Assembly: GCA_002269645.1 (NCBI GenBank)
Contig: NIVC01000033.1
Coordinates: 237,335-301,334, forward strand
Direction of reading: 5' to 3'
DNA: 64,000 nt
Origin: Macrostomum lignano
Lineage: Eukaryota
Part shown: positions 22,701-58,008 of the stretch, piece after piece
How the letters are laid out: each line of letters starts with the position of its first letter
How positions within the stretch are numbered: the stretch's first letter is position 1
Program-made: the position numbers and the translations under genes
The notes under the pieces: model-generated
Told to the model about the DNA's origin: nothing
The model's database searches: none
What the model saw: only the letters and a program-made list of their open reading frames with translations

Positions 22701-25700
22701 GCGTGGGAAGCGTTAGAGAGAAAGATACTTCAAAGCTATTCACAGAAATCCCGAGGCTATTCACAGAGATCGCAAAGCTATTCACAGAGATCCCAAAGCT
22801 ATTCACAGAGATCCCGAGGCTATTCACAGAGATCGCAAAGCTATTCACAGAGATCCCAAAGCTATTCACAGAGATCGCAAAGCTATTCACAGAGATCCCG
22901 AGGCTATTCACAGAGATCCCGAGGCTATTCACAGAGATCCCGAGGCTATTCACAGAGATCCCGAGGCTATTCACAGAGATCCCGAGGCTATTCACAGAGA
23001 TCCCGAGGCTATTCACAGAGATCCCAAGGCTATTCAAAGAGTTCCCAAAGCTATTCACAGAGATCCCAAAGCTATTCACAGAGATCCCGAGGGTATTCAC
23101 AGAGATCCCGAGGCTATTCACAGAAATCCCGAGGCTATTCAAAGAGATCCCAAGGCTATTTACAGAGATCCCGGGGCTATTCACAGAGATCCCAAAGCTA
23201 TTCACAGAGATCCCAAAGCTATTCACAGAGATCTCAGAGCTATTCACAGAGTTCCCAAAGCTATTCACAGAGATCCCAAAGCTATTCACAGAGATCTCAA
23301 AGCTATTCACAGAGATCCCGAGGCTATTTACAGAGATCCCAAGGCTATTTACAGAGATCTTGGGGCTATTCACAGAGATCTCAAAGCTATTCACCGAGAT
23401 CCCAAAGCTATTCACAGAGATCTCAAAGCTATTCACAGAGATCTCAAAGCTATTCACAGAGATCTCAAAGCTATTCACAGAGATCCCGGGGCTATTCACA
23501 GAGATCCCAAAGCTATTCACAGAGTTCCCAAAGCTATTCACAGAGATCTCAAACCTATTCACAGAGTTCCCAAAGCTATTCACAGAGTTCCCAAAGCTAT
23601 TCACAGAGTTCCCAAAGCTATTCACAGAGTTCCCAAAGCTATTCACAGAGATGCCAGGGCTATTCACAGAGATCCCAGTCCTAAATCCATTTACAGAGAT
23701 CTCCTGAAATCTTTCAACAGTCGCGCGCAAACCTGCAGGTCTCCCAGGCTGAGCCCCATAGCGGACCGGAAGCCCTCCTCCTCGGAGGCGGCCACGGCAG
23801 CAGCGGCCGCGCTGCTGGGCGTCACCCCGTCGAAGTCGTCAACAGTGCCGCCCTCCTCGCCGCGGTCGAAGCCGTCAAGAAAAGCGTCCAGCATGCCGAC
23901 TCTTCCGCCGCCGCTGCCGCCGCCAGCGCTTCCGGTGGATTTCTTCGAGCCCCTGATGCGCTCCTTCTTGAAGGCCTCCATCTTGGACCGGGTTCGCTCA
24001 TCCAGGTTCCACTCGGCGTCTTCGTCGACGCCTCCGGCGCCGTCTTCGCCGCCGGCAACAGCAGCGGCTGCGGAGTCTTTAGAGTCCTCAGCCGGCTGCT
24101 GAATGTCGGAGTCCTGCTGGTCCAGCACGAAGTCGAAGGTGGCCATGGCCTGCGGATTTGTCACCATGGAGTTGCCACCTTACTGACGCCCAGATGTACT
24201 TTTAAATTAATGAACTTTTAGCCAACACCTCCAGTAAACATTTGACTTTTAAAAATCACAAATAAAACACAATGCGTACTTCTGTTTTACCTGCACCACC
24301 TCACCTTAATATTGAAGCAATCTTACAAATATCTACAGTCTATCGTACTAACGCCTTAATGTACTTTGATCTTAAATCCCTATTATTAGTATCTATATAG
24401 CACTAATAATATTCGCACGAGGGCTGTGCGCACCTCGACGCAACGCCTTCGGCGACATCGTCCCAAAACCAGAGCGCTCATGGACAAAAGTTGTTCAGAG
24501 TGGGTCGAGAATCGAACCCCCGACCTTTCAGTCGTGAGTTTGACGCTCTTAACCACTAGGCTACAACAACTTAATCCCAAATCCTCTAAAACACCCGAAT
24601 CTCGCTTGCACTTTTATCTTACACGCATCTCCCTGATGTACTTTTTATCTTACAGCATCTCCATGATGTACTTTTTATCTTACAGCATCTCCATGATGTA
24701 CTTTTTATCTTACACGCATCCCCCTGATGTATTTTTTATGTTACACGCATCTCCCTGATGTACTTTTTATCTTACAGCATCTCCATCATGTACTTTTTAT
24801 CTTACATCATCTCCCTGATGTACTTTTTATCTTACAGCATCTCCATGATGTACTTTTTTATCTTACAGCATCTCCCTGATGTACTTTTTATCTTACAGCA
24901 TCTCCATGATGTACTTTTTATCTTACAGCATCTCCATGATGTACTTTTTATCTTACAGCATCTCCATGATGTACTTTTTATCTTACAGCATCTCCATGAT
25001 GTACTTTTTTATCTTACAGCATCTCCCTGATGTACTTTTTATCTTACAGCATCTCCATCATGTAATTTTTATCTTACACGCATCCCCCTGATGTAATTTT
25101 TATCTTACAGGATCTTTATGATGTACTTTCTATCTTACACGCATCCCCCTAATGTACTTTTTATCTTACAGCATCTTCATGATGTACTTTTTATCTTACA
25201 GCATCTCCATCATGTACTTTTTATCTTACACGCATCTCCCTGATGTAATTTTAAAAACTGGCATCGCGGATTAAGCTAGCTTTGCTCACCTGATCCTCCT
25301 CAGACAGCGCAGTTTTTCCTCCGCCTCTGACGAGCCGTCCGCTGCCGCCGACGCCAACATCAACGTCGGCGTCATCAGCGTCGTCATCTTCGTCGTCGTC
25401 CTCGTCGTCACCGGCAATATTGATGCCGGGAATGAGACTGGACAGCTGCTCTTGAATGCTTCGGCCGCGCTGTTGCGGCTGCTGCTGCTGCGACCTGCTT
25501 GTTATCTGGCGCATCTGCTGCGGCTGCTGCTGCTGCTGGTGCTGCTGGTGCGACGGCGGGGGCGGCGGCTGCTGCTGCTGAGACGTCGGCGGCTTAGAAT
25601 CGTTACTGGCTGAGCTGACGGTGGCAGCGGCAGCAACGGGTGCCGCAGCCGACGCTGTCGTACCGCTGGCGCCAATGAGCTGCTGCAGGCGAGCCTGTCT

Positions 25701-28700
25701 GGCATCCAGGATGGTGTCCACGTAGCCGATCTCCTGTGTGTGATTTGCCAGCTTAGACTTGCTAATGTTCACGGGAAATCGGGACGGTTCACAGGGAATT
25801 ACTGGGGCAGATTAGACAAATGCTCACAGGGAATTACTAGGACAGTCAGATTAGCCAAATACTCACAGGGAATTACTAGGACAGTCAGATTAGCCAAATG
25901 CTCACAGGGAATTACTACTACAGATTAGCCAAATACTCACAGGGAATTACTAGGACAGTCAGATTAGCCAAATACTCACAGGGAATTACTAGGACAGTCA
26001 GATTAGCCAAATGCTCACAGGGAATTACTACTACAGATTAGCCAAATACTCACAGGGAATTACTAGGACAGTCAGATTAGCCAAATGCTCACAGGGAATT
26101 ACTAGGACAGTCAGATTAGCCAAATGCTCACAGGGAATTACTACTACAGATTAGCCAAATGCTCACAGGGAATTACTGGGGCAGATTAGCCAAATGCTCA
26201 CAGGGAATTACTAGGACAGTCAGATTAGCCAAATACTCACAGGGAATTACTAGGACAGTCAGATTAGCCAAATGCTCACAGGGAATTACTGGGGCAGATT
26301 AGCCAAATGCTCACAGGGAATTACTAGGACAGTCAGATTAGCCAAATGCTCACAGGGAATTACTGGGGCAGATTAGCCAAATGCTCACAGGGAATTACTA
26401 GGACAGTCAGATTAGCCAAATGTTCACAGGGAATTACTACTACAGATTAGCCAAATGCTCACAGGGAATTACTGGGGCAGATTAGCCAAATGCTCACAGG
26501 GAATTACTAGGACAGTCAGATTAGCCAAATACTCACAGGGAATTACTAGGACAGTCAGATTAGCCAAATGCTCACAGGGAATTACTACTACAGATTAGCC
26601 AAATGCTCACAGGGAATTACTACTACAGATTAGCCAAATGCTCACAGGGAATTACTATTACAGATTAGCCAAATGCTCACAGGGAATTACTATTACAGAT
26701 TAGCCAAATGCTCACAGGGAATTACTATTACAGATTAGCCAAATGCTCACAGGGAATTACTATTACAGATTAGCCAAATGCTCACAGGGAATTACTAGGA
26801 CAGTCAGATTAGCCAAATACTCACAGGGAATTAATGCCTCACTAGGTCTAGCTCAGTGAGAATTATCCTAGAACAGAGAGCACATACCTGCAGGTATTGC
26901 CTAATCAGCTGCCTGCCGTCCTTGGCCTTAGCCTTGGTCGCAGCCGTCTGAGCGCTGGTCTCGCGCAGCAGCTCCTCGGGATCCAGCAGCTGCGACACCG
27001 CCGGAGACGCTCCGCCGTCTCCATCTGTGGCGTCACCAGCCGTGGCGGCGGCGATGGCGGCCCCTCCCGGCGGCTCCGAGCCGAATTTGAGCCGGTGAAA
27101 TTTGGCGCGCTCTTGGCGCAGGGCGAATTCCAGCATCTTAATGCGGCGCACCAGATCGTGCTTCAGGTTTTCCTGGCCTTTCCGTTCGCCTTGCAGGAAT
27201 GCGATGCGAGCCTGATGGGTGCGGTTTGGCGGTATCTTTGGTTTGTTTGCATTTTGCGCTACTCACTTACTGTTAGTAGCATAGCAGGAATATGCATTTT
27301 AATAAATGCAAAGAAAAATTACAGAGAAAAATTAAAGCTTAAAGATTTAAACCAGAAATGATGGAAATACCTCGCCCAAAAAACATGTAAGAGTTTATAG
27401 CTTGTAAGAGTACAAGATAAGTAGGTTTTTTATTTAAAAATAATGCCAATAGCACCCTACATATAAACTACAAAAACAATTTAATTGAGATGGAATGCTA
27501 TCAGAATATTTTTACAAAAAATACTTGCTGAAATATTTGCTCTACTATGTTTAACAATTTATTTAACCAGAATTTTCCTATCTAGACCAACTTTTCAAAT
27601 AAGCATAGAATGCCCTGGCAAGGATATTTTGGGATTTAGCAAAGAAAATACATATGCCTATAGGATTTATATTATGGAAAATTATGTAAGGTGCTCTACA
27701 TAATCTATAACTGAGGCTGCCACTAGGCAATCTTGATAGCCAAAATCCATAACCAAATTGCCATTCTAAATTTCCCCATAAAGGGTTGAATCATAGCCAT
27801 AATTACAATAGAGCACTATCCAATAGATAGGACATAGTTGATAGGTATTCTTAGCACAAGATAGAAAGTCAGGTAAAATGATTGGCTTAGAGCTAGACAT
27901 GTTAATCTCTAAGCTATTTTGTTTTTTATCCACTTGGCTAGTAACTAGAATTAAGTTGCAAAACTAGTCCATCTCTAAAAATATAAAAGCAAAAGGCTAA
28001 CAAGGGACTAAAACAAAAGAAAATGAAAATAAAAAATAAAACAAATAATTGCAACTAGAACTAGCTATCCATATTGTAGATCAAATTATATGTATGTCAG
28101 AAAGTATTTGGCTATCTAATAAAGTAGAAATTTATACCAATTAATTGTTCTAGTAAATTGTATTTCACTAAAAATTTTGTGATTAATAAGCATACAACCA
28201 ATGCAATAAGCAGTAGATGTAGCATATAATTGCTATAGAAAATGAAACCTAGATTATTTAAAAATGGAAATAATTAGTAAAACAAAAAAGTGTTATGTAT
28301 ATCATTGATTTAGTTATATTTCTTCATTAGTAAACTGTAAAAAATTAGTATGTTATTGAAGAAAATTGGTCAAGGCAAGCGAGCTCTAGAGTGTTATGGA
28401 CAAGCAAGCAAGCAAACATACACCTTAGAGATTAAGTATATTTAAAAGATTTGAAAACCTAATTTATTCTCATAATTTTAAAATTAACTTTACTATAGCA
28501 AAGGATTGTTTAGTATTAATTTATACAATTAGGACATATTTCAATGCTTTTGTACACTATGCCGCAAGCTTAAACATATAAACATATATGGTTAGGAATT
28601 GTAAGCTGATGATTATGCAAAAAACTAAAAAGTTGTTTTTTTCCTTGTACGCTAGGATATATACACTAGCTAAAGCATTTCTATACCAGATGTATACTAG

Positions 28701-30806
28701 CTAAAGCATTTGTATGCTGAAATTTTGGTATATATTACACTTTCTACAATGTGGCTAGCTATATTAGATTTTAAGATTTTGCATAACTAGTATAATTAAA
28801 AAATTCTAATTCTATATATATACTTACTAGTAAGACTTAAAAATTTAAGATTATTGTTCAGGATTCAGATGATAGCTTTGATGTAGGAAATTATGATAAA
28901 AAAATCCTAACTTAGTATAAAAAGTTAAGTGTGCATTAGTGATAGATCCGAATATTTAGATTTGCTTTTGATTTTGATTTTCCAAATGTGCTTTTGAATA
29001 TGAAAAAATCAAAAAAACCAAAACAAAATAATACAAATTTAAAAGAAATACTTGAAATTTTGTAAAAAGAAAGTAAATTAAAAAATGCAAACACATTTAA
29101 TGTCATATTGTTTGTTTTTACAATTGTTTGTTTTTGACAATTTGTAGTAACCTATATTTTAAAGTGTTATTAAGTAACGCTACTTAACTTTGGGACCTTT
29201 ATGGCATTCAACTTAAAGTTGCAGAAACATTTTTAGGTAATCATTATTTAAGTGTAATCATTACTTAGTTTTTTTTTCAAAATGCAAATACAATAGACTT
29301 TGTACATGCATGGTGCACTGTACACGGTAAAGTTATAAAATTGCATAAACATAACATCAATTAGTATTAGTAATTGGAATTAGTTGGATTAGACATATAA
29401 GAATTGAGTTCAATTCTAAGTTTAATTCAATTCAGATACTAGGTAGATATAGAATAAGCCCAAGATAGATTGAATCTTGTGAATAAATTATTACATAGTA
29501 TTAATATGATTACTAATTAGATGACAAAACATTTTTGTCACTGAGAAGTATCATAGTCACTCTTGCCGTTTACTTTTTCACTTTTTTACATTTAGAAACA
29601 TATTTGGATATTTGGATTTGGAATTTTTTTGTACATTAGGATTTGGTTTTAGAAACTTGAAAAAATCTATATTTGGTCCATCATTAGTGTGCATAACAAC
29701 AAAACAAGTATAAAATAGTAAAAGATAAAAAAAATCAAATTAATAAAGTTATGACATATAGCTTATATAACTTTGGCTAATTACCAGTAGTTTTAACCAA
29801 TGTTGAACTGACATTAAAATGTACATAGCTAATATACATAGCAAACTAAGCAAATGGCATAATTTGACATGATGACTCATTTATCCTTTATCTAGTGTTC
29901 CAATATAAGGGGATCCATATGCTGTAGCCATAAGCAAAACTACAACTTATTTCAATTTTCCATATTCTATTTTTTATATTTTGTTTATTATAGAGTTATC
30001 ATGGTAAAAGTATCATTTAATAGTTTAAAAGAATTAAGCAATATTCATTATATACATAATAGTAGTTGTTATTTGGTCTAATGACTAGACAAACAGCTTT
30101 TTTTATTTATTGGGTTAAATTGCTAATACAAATGTATATTTGTTTAGTGATATAGATTTCTTTCAAAGACCTTTTCTTGTATCCTGATTTGATAATTATT
30201 TTTTAAATACTAGTATAAGCAAAGCATATGTCTATTTGACCAATATTTGTATTAACTGGATAAATAAAGAAACATAGGCCTATAATTATTACCCAATAAC
30301 TGGACAAATAACAACTGCCATAAATAACAGATTTTGTTCTTTAAAATATTCTTAAATATATAGTTACTATTACTATTAGGCATAAGACATTAATTAATAA
30401 TTATATGCTTTATAACCTTAAAACCAATTTTCTAAAAAATTATTACTAAAAATGGCTTGCTTGCAGATAGCAAATAGTTAAGCACCCAAGGTTTTCATCT
30501 GAAACATTAAAACCAGAGGTCCAGAGCCAATATAAGAAAAATAGTCCCCTAGTTAGATCTGCCATTAAATTTTTGGTAGGCCTAACTTACCTGCAGTTCT
30601 GCTCGCTCTACCTCCCATTGAGATCGCTCCATCTCAAACTTAGACCACTCAGTTTGTAGAAAGTGCAAAACTCCTGGCATTGTGTAAAACGGATCTTTTG
30701 TGTTGCTACCATCTGTTGGATTTTCTTCACCTAAATTCTGACCTTGCTGCCCTTGCTTTCCATATCCATCTACAGAACCAACGCCAAAAGCACTTTGATC
30801 TTCCAT
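19737..30806 (-). CDS. STRN: Striatin family protein (STRN/STRN3/Cka; STRIPAK PP2A B''' scaffold), 8 exons, 859 aa
   Basis: Exons (minus) 30806-30591, 27211-26888, 25733-25290, 24149-23733, 22680-22459, 21729-21424, 20969-20637, 20054-19737; all phase 0, GT-AG, 2580 nt. Striatin N-terminal signature YTMPGVLHFLQTEWSKFEMERSQWEVERAELQARIAFLQGERKGQENLKHDLVRRIKMLEFALRQERAK, plus RQYLQEIGY and seven C-terminal WD40 repeats ending ASAGADALAKVFV*. Confidence 0.96.
20090..20575. repeat. Intronic minisatellite ~34 bp (gatgggatcagaatccccaatcaatcagagtcag)
   Basis: Striatin intron 7. Confidence 0.95.
21030..21370 (-). mobile_element. tRNA-derived SINE with CORE-like central domain
   Basis: Minus strand: head AGCCTAGCAGTCAAAGCGACGGACTCACGACTGAAAGGTCGGGGGTTCGATTCTCGACC (B box GGTTCGATTC), then GTGTCCTTGAGCAAGACGCTTAACTCT..CAGTTCACCCAGCTGTAAAATGGG, resembling the MIR-type CORE domain. 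Fills most of striatin intron 6. 3' end approximate. Confidence 0.7.
21845..22425. repeat. 17-18 bp pyrimidine-rich minisatellite (ctcctgatcccctctcc)
   Basis: Striatin intron 5. Confidence 0.95.
22735..23700. repeat. 21-bp minisatellite (ctattcacagagatcccgagg)
   Basis: Striatin intron 4; gives stop-free frames on both strands (LFTEIPR / ISVNSLG). Confidence 0.95.
24385..24565 (-). mobile_element. Second SINE copy with the same tRNA head but a different or short body
   Basis: gggtcgagaatcgaacccccgacctttcagtcgtgagt shared with 21308-21343. Minus-strand A box TAGTGGTTAAG and B box GGTTCGATTC; ends in gtgctatatagatactaataata. Confidence 0.65.
24620..25250. repeat. 30-bp minisatellite (tgatgtactttttatcttacagcatctcca)
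   Basis: Striatin intron 3. Confidence 0.95.
25785..26830. repeat. 34-39 bp minisatellite (cacagggaattactaggacagtcagattagccaaatgct)
   Basis: Striatin intron 2. Confidence 0.95.
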
Positions 30807-31754
30807 AGCTGCACTGTAGGTGTCGTAGGCTGGCACAATATATAGCAGTTATTATTTAAACTATAGGTTCAGCATCAGCTTCATCTTAAGCTGAATAAGT
30901 GCTAGTAAGGCAAAGTCAAAATAAGCCTCTAGGCCAGGCCAAAATTTACTATTTGGCTAAACTGAGAAAAACGAGAAGGGCAAACAGACTCTGCCCAAAT
31001 TATAGTTATCTGCCTTTGATGAGTTTTAACAGGATTCAGTGGTAGCTTTATGAACAAAGAAATCTAGCGACAAATTTCTGCCGATGTCAAAAAAATTAAT
31101 ATTATAAATTATACTGCAATTTATAATTTCTAAACTAAAAACTAAAATTTTATTTTTCAACACTTTAGCAGAAAAACAAATTGTGTCTAATTTTGGCATA
31201 ATATGCCTAAAAAGGCCTTTTAAAAGACTACGTTTGTTTTTAATTTTTGAACTTAAAATATCATAAAATTAGCGCCTAAAAGAGCTTTCGCTTAAAGATA
31301 ATTTACAAACGACTGCACCGGCAAAAAGTTTTGGCAAGTTTGCACCAAGGACTTTTTAAGCTAGCACCTTGTTTTGTTGTGCTACCTTGTGCTAGCTTAA
31401 GAAGTCCCTGGTTTGCAGAAAAATATGCGGCATAGCGTTTTAAAAAGTGGGGGACAGAAGAACAAAGCTCATTGTAAAAAAGATTTGCGAATCAAGTGGC
31501 GACAAAGACATCTACAAGAACGAGCAAATACGTGCCCAAAAAGGCAGAAGGCTCGTCTAAAGTGTTTGTTTCATGGCTTCTCTTCGATCACCTTCCGGTT
31601 CACTCACTGAGGTTTATGCCACACGGAGGCGTGATCTATGAGAGCACAGCAATGCTTTATCTCTTCCCAGCACTATTATATATGAGTGCATGTCTCACAG
31701 CTAGTGATCATCAATCCACTCCGACTAACAAAGCCAGCTCTGTCCATTCCAAGC

Positions 31755-31922
31755 ATCTCTACAAAGGACTGCAAGGACTATGCGTATTCTCGTTGCTGTT
31801 CTGCTCGTGTTCTCCGCTCTGGCGGCTGCTGTCAATGCTCAGTGCCCTCCGCCTTGTCATATGGAAAGCGGAGCAGCATCCAGAGTAACGCATGATGGTC
31901 CTTGCAGTCCTTGTATAGAGAT
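31755..31922. repeat. Fold-back inverted repeat, ~36-41 bp arms, ~90-nt spacer
   Basis: Perfect 15-bp core aaggactgcaaggac (31764-31778) / gtccttgcagtcctt (31898-31912), extended imperfectly on both sides. Confidence 0.85.
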
Positions 31923-31930
31923 TCTCTACA

Positions 31931-32135
31931 GCCGAGGGAGGCAGCGTGGACGCGTCGGCGATGACGATGGCGCAGCTGCAGGAGCGGGTGAAGGTGCTGC
32001 GCGCGAGGAGAACCTCAGCCTGCGGCGACAGGCGATGCAGGGGCCGCGTGCCGACCATTCAGGTGCAGGTGTGTAACTGCCGGCTGCTGTAACTCCTGCC
32101 TGTCCGTTTCGCTGCGTGCGAATTTCCATGCAATA
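31931..32135 (+). pseudogene. Inverted, degenerate copy of the penultimate exon (35622-35467) plus 5' part of the next intron of the coiled-coil gene
   Basis: + strand ggacgcgtcggcga..gatggcgcagctgcaggagcgggtgaagg..gcgaggagaacctcagcctgcggcgacaggcgatgcaggg..ccgcgtgccgaccattcaggtgcaggtg.gtaactgccgg matches the reverse complement of ~35415-35613, with small indels. Intron sequence is included, so this is a DNA-level copy, not a retrocopy. Confidence 0.9.
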
Positions 32136-33636
32136 AAGGGCAAAAGGGCAAGTCTTTTAAAATATGCATTTTCTTGTTTCACAGACTTTGATTTTTGATA
32201 CGATTTTTGAACGGCTCTGCTACTTTTATGTTTTACATGGCTCTTCTTTAACGAAGCTTTTTTACATTAGCATTTTAATGTCGAGAAAACTGAATAAAAC
32301 TTCCGGTAAAAATAAAAGAGCGTCATGTCGGACATAAAAGAAGCATAAACTTAATTTGTGTGACCGCATGATAAGTACATGTAGTAATTCCTAAATTTCG
32401 ATTAGTTGATATAGTCAGGTAATAATATTATTTGGCGGTCTAGTATTTCCAGTACAGGGCAGGCCTGTCTGCCCAGAGATATGCCATGGACTACTTAAGT
32501 AGAATCTTCTAGTGGTCCTTGAGATATGCATTATTTTTGCATGTACATGTAATGCCGAATGTGACGTAGATCGATGCTAGGCTCTGGAATTATACATGCA
32601 AGACCTGTGTAAGGTATATTGATCATACTCGTACTTATTGAAATAACTCAATTCACGTGGTGCGGATGATACGAGCTAACAATGATGAAGTCGTTGGTAT
32701 GGCAAAAACGAGACACATGGACGTCTCAATTTCCCTTTCAATTTTTGCTGTGCAGTCGATACAATGTAATACAGCTAGGAATTTAGCAGGTACATAAATT
32801 TCAAAGGGGATTAGAAGCAGATGTTAAGTGAAAAAAAGCTGATGCATGGGTATTTAAATAAAGAATAGGAAGGCGTTTAGTTTCTGGAAAATATATATCA
32901 GTTAATTTGGTTCTACGAGCGCTCGTATTATAAAATCTAGAATATGTGTATAGGAAGATCAGAACATTTCCAGCCTGGTTTATTCCACAGAAACTAAAAC
33001 AACTAGATGGGCCACTCAGGCATATATACTTAGTAAAACAGCTTGCTACTTTCAGTTCAGTAGCAAAGAATACATAAGCTATTTTATAAAAATAGAGGCA
33101 GCTGAAATAACGTTGATAAGTTTACAAGCCCAAGCTTGCAGGCGTAAACAACTTGCTAATTGGTTCAGCAGTAATGTACATTAACCAGTCCACTGAAATG
33201 TACATGGCAGCTTTAGGCTGGAATTCCGAGAAAGGCAATAAAAATTGGGGTAGGGGGGTTAGTGTTGGAACGGCGCGTTTGGAGGGCCGCGGGTGTTTTA
33301 AGCCGGGGGGGGGGGGTAAGAGCCAATTAAATGAGCCTTGGCTTAAAAAAATACATTAAAATGCTTCTGTTTACCCTTACTACTGAACTGAAAGTAGCTT
33401 ACACGCAAATGTGCTGAGTGACCCATCTAGCCATTCTAGTATTTGTGGTTTATACTAAACTTTTGAGAAAAAAAATAGAACTGACGAATCCAACTACGCA
33501 ATGGCTTTTACTACGTAAATCAAAGCGACGAATGAAGAGTTGCATAAGAAACAACGAATTTGTTTATCTTTATGCCAACTTAGGAAGTTGAACAGTTTTC
33601 AAATTTTCCGATCATAAATCGCCATCGGGTGGGGGC

Positions 33637-56030
<22,394 letters not shown>

Positions 56031-56409
56031 CGCTTGAGTCGCCTTAGATATATAATGGCTCAGCTGAGTTGGCTTCTGAGCCGTCCCAAGAAGCTCAAAC
56101 AGGGAGTTCAGGAAGTTTATAAAGGCATAAGCCGGAGCTCAGGTACGCCAAGTTTGGAGTGCACTGTGTGCATGTGTGCTGTGCGTGTCGCAGTCCATTG
56201 GGTGCCACGGGCAAAAAGCCGCGGTGAGGAACTTTATCGCGACTACAGAGGGGAAGAGAAAATTCCCCTCACTCAGCCTCCGCACTTAGATCTGGTCTTC
56301 ATCTCAAGTTGCGGACAATCCCTTAGATGAGCGTTCAAGTTCCCAGCACCGTACTATGGGAAGTATGATTAGTGTTTCGAGATGTATGAGCCTGGTGTTG
56401 GGAAATGCT

Positions 56410-57392
56410 GACAATAATTATCCTCCCCCAGTCTGACACTGGGACAAGCTGACAAAAATTATCCCCAAGTCTGACACTGGGACAAGCTGACAATAATTAT
56501 CCCCAAGTCTGACACTGGGACAAGCTGACAATAATTATCCTCCCCCAGTCTGACACTGGGGCAAGCTGACAATAATTATCCTCCCCCAGTCTGACACTGG
56601 GACAAGCTGACAATAATTATCCCCCCCCCAGTCTGACACTGGGACAAGCTGGCAATAATTATCCTCCCCAGTCTGACATTGGGACAAGCTGACAATAATT
56701 ATCCCCAAGTCTGACATTGGGACAAGCTGACAATAATTATCCCCTAGTCTGACACTGGGACAAGCTGACAATTTAATTATCCCCAAGTCTGACACTGGGA
56801 CAAGCTGACAATAATTATCCCTAGTCTGACATTGGGACAAGCTGACAATAATTATCCCCAAGTCTGACACTGGGACAAGCTGACAATAATTATCCTCAAG
56901 TCTGACATTGGGACAAGCTGACAATAATTATCCCCCAGTCTGACACTGGAACAAGCTGACAAAAATTATCCACAAGTCTGACACTGGGACAAGCTGACAA
57001 TAATTATCCCCCCAGTCTGACACTGGGACAAGCTGACAAAAATTATCCCCAAGTCTGACACTGGGACAAGCTGACAAAAATTATCCACAAGACTGACACT
57101 GGGACAAGTTGACAATAATTATCCCCAAGTCTGACATTGGGACAAGCTGACAATAATTATCCCCCCAGTCTGACACTGGGACAAGCTGACAATAATTATC
57201 CCCAAGTCTGACATTGGGACAAGCTGACAATAATTATCCCCCCAGTCTGACACTGGGACAAGCTGACAATAATTATCCCCTAGTCTGACACTGGGACAAG
57301 CTGACAATAATTATCCCCTAGTCTGACACTGGGACAAGCTGACAATTTAATTATCCCCTAGTCTGACACTGGGACAAGCTGACAATAATTAT
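56410..57392. repeat. 38-bp minisatellite (ccccaagtctgacactgggacaagctgacaataattat)
   Basis: Between the cGLR-like gene end and the coiled-coil gene start. Confidence 0.95.
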
Positions 57393-57639
57393 CAGCAAAG
57401 AAACACTGGAGACAGAGCATAACTGGTTTTATACTTAGTAGTGCTGCTATTCATTACTGAGTTTAAATGTTACAATTGTTTTAAACTGTTTATTGGTAGT
57501 GTTAAGACCGCCACACGGCACCAGAGCAGATAAAATAATAAATTATGGGGGAAGAGGGGGGAGAGACACGAGAGCCAAGCCCAGCCAATCAGCGCACCGC
57601 ACCGGGCAGGGCAGAGCTGATAGGCTGACAATTTTACCG

Positions 57640-57830
57640 ACAGGTGTCTCACTATCATGAGAAGACAGGTGTCTCACTATCATGAGAAGACAGGTGTCTC
57701 ACTATCATGAGAAGATACAGATGTCTCACTATCATGAGAAGACAGGTGTCTCACTATTATGAGAAGACAGGTGTCTCACTATCATGAGAAGACAGGTGTC
57801 TCACTATCATGAGAAGACAGGTGTCTCACT
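57640..57830. repeat. 25-bp tandem repeat (caggtgtctcactatcatgagaaga)
   Basis: About 7 copies, ~180 nt past the cGLR-like stop. Confidence 0.9.
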
Positions 57831-58008
57831 GAATTAAAATAGGTATCTAATACTCCTAGTTAAAACAGCACCATAGTTGCAAATTGTTTCACAAATATCA
57901 ATGACTTGTAAAGTACTTGTTAGGAGGGGCCAGTTACTGAGTAAGACAGCTCTTTGAAAAATCAGGAGAAATAACAAAAAACGGTCTACAAGCACTAATA
58001 AGACGGGA

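Noticed and set aside
22450-23730. In-frame read-through of the ISVNSLG repeat into striatin WD40 exon 5
   Set aside because: Intron 23732-22681 is 1052 nt, not a multiple of 3, so retention would frameshift relative to exon 4.
32455-32512. GGGCAG-loop-CTGCCC hairpin followed by CTAG (Helitron 3' end?)
   Set aside because: Hairpin-to-CTAG spacing of over 30 nt is too long, and no 5' TC end or helicase remnant is visible.
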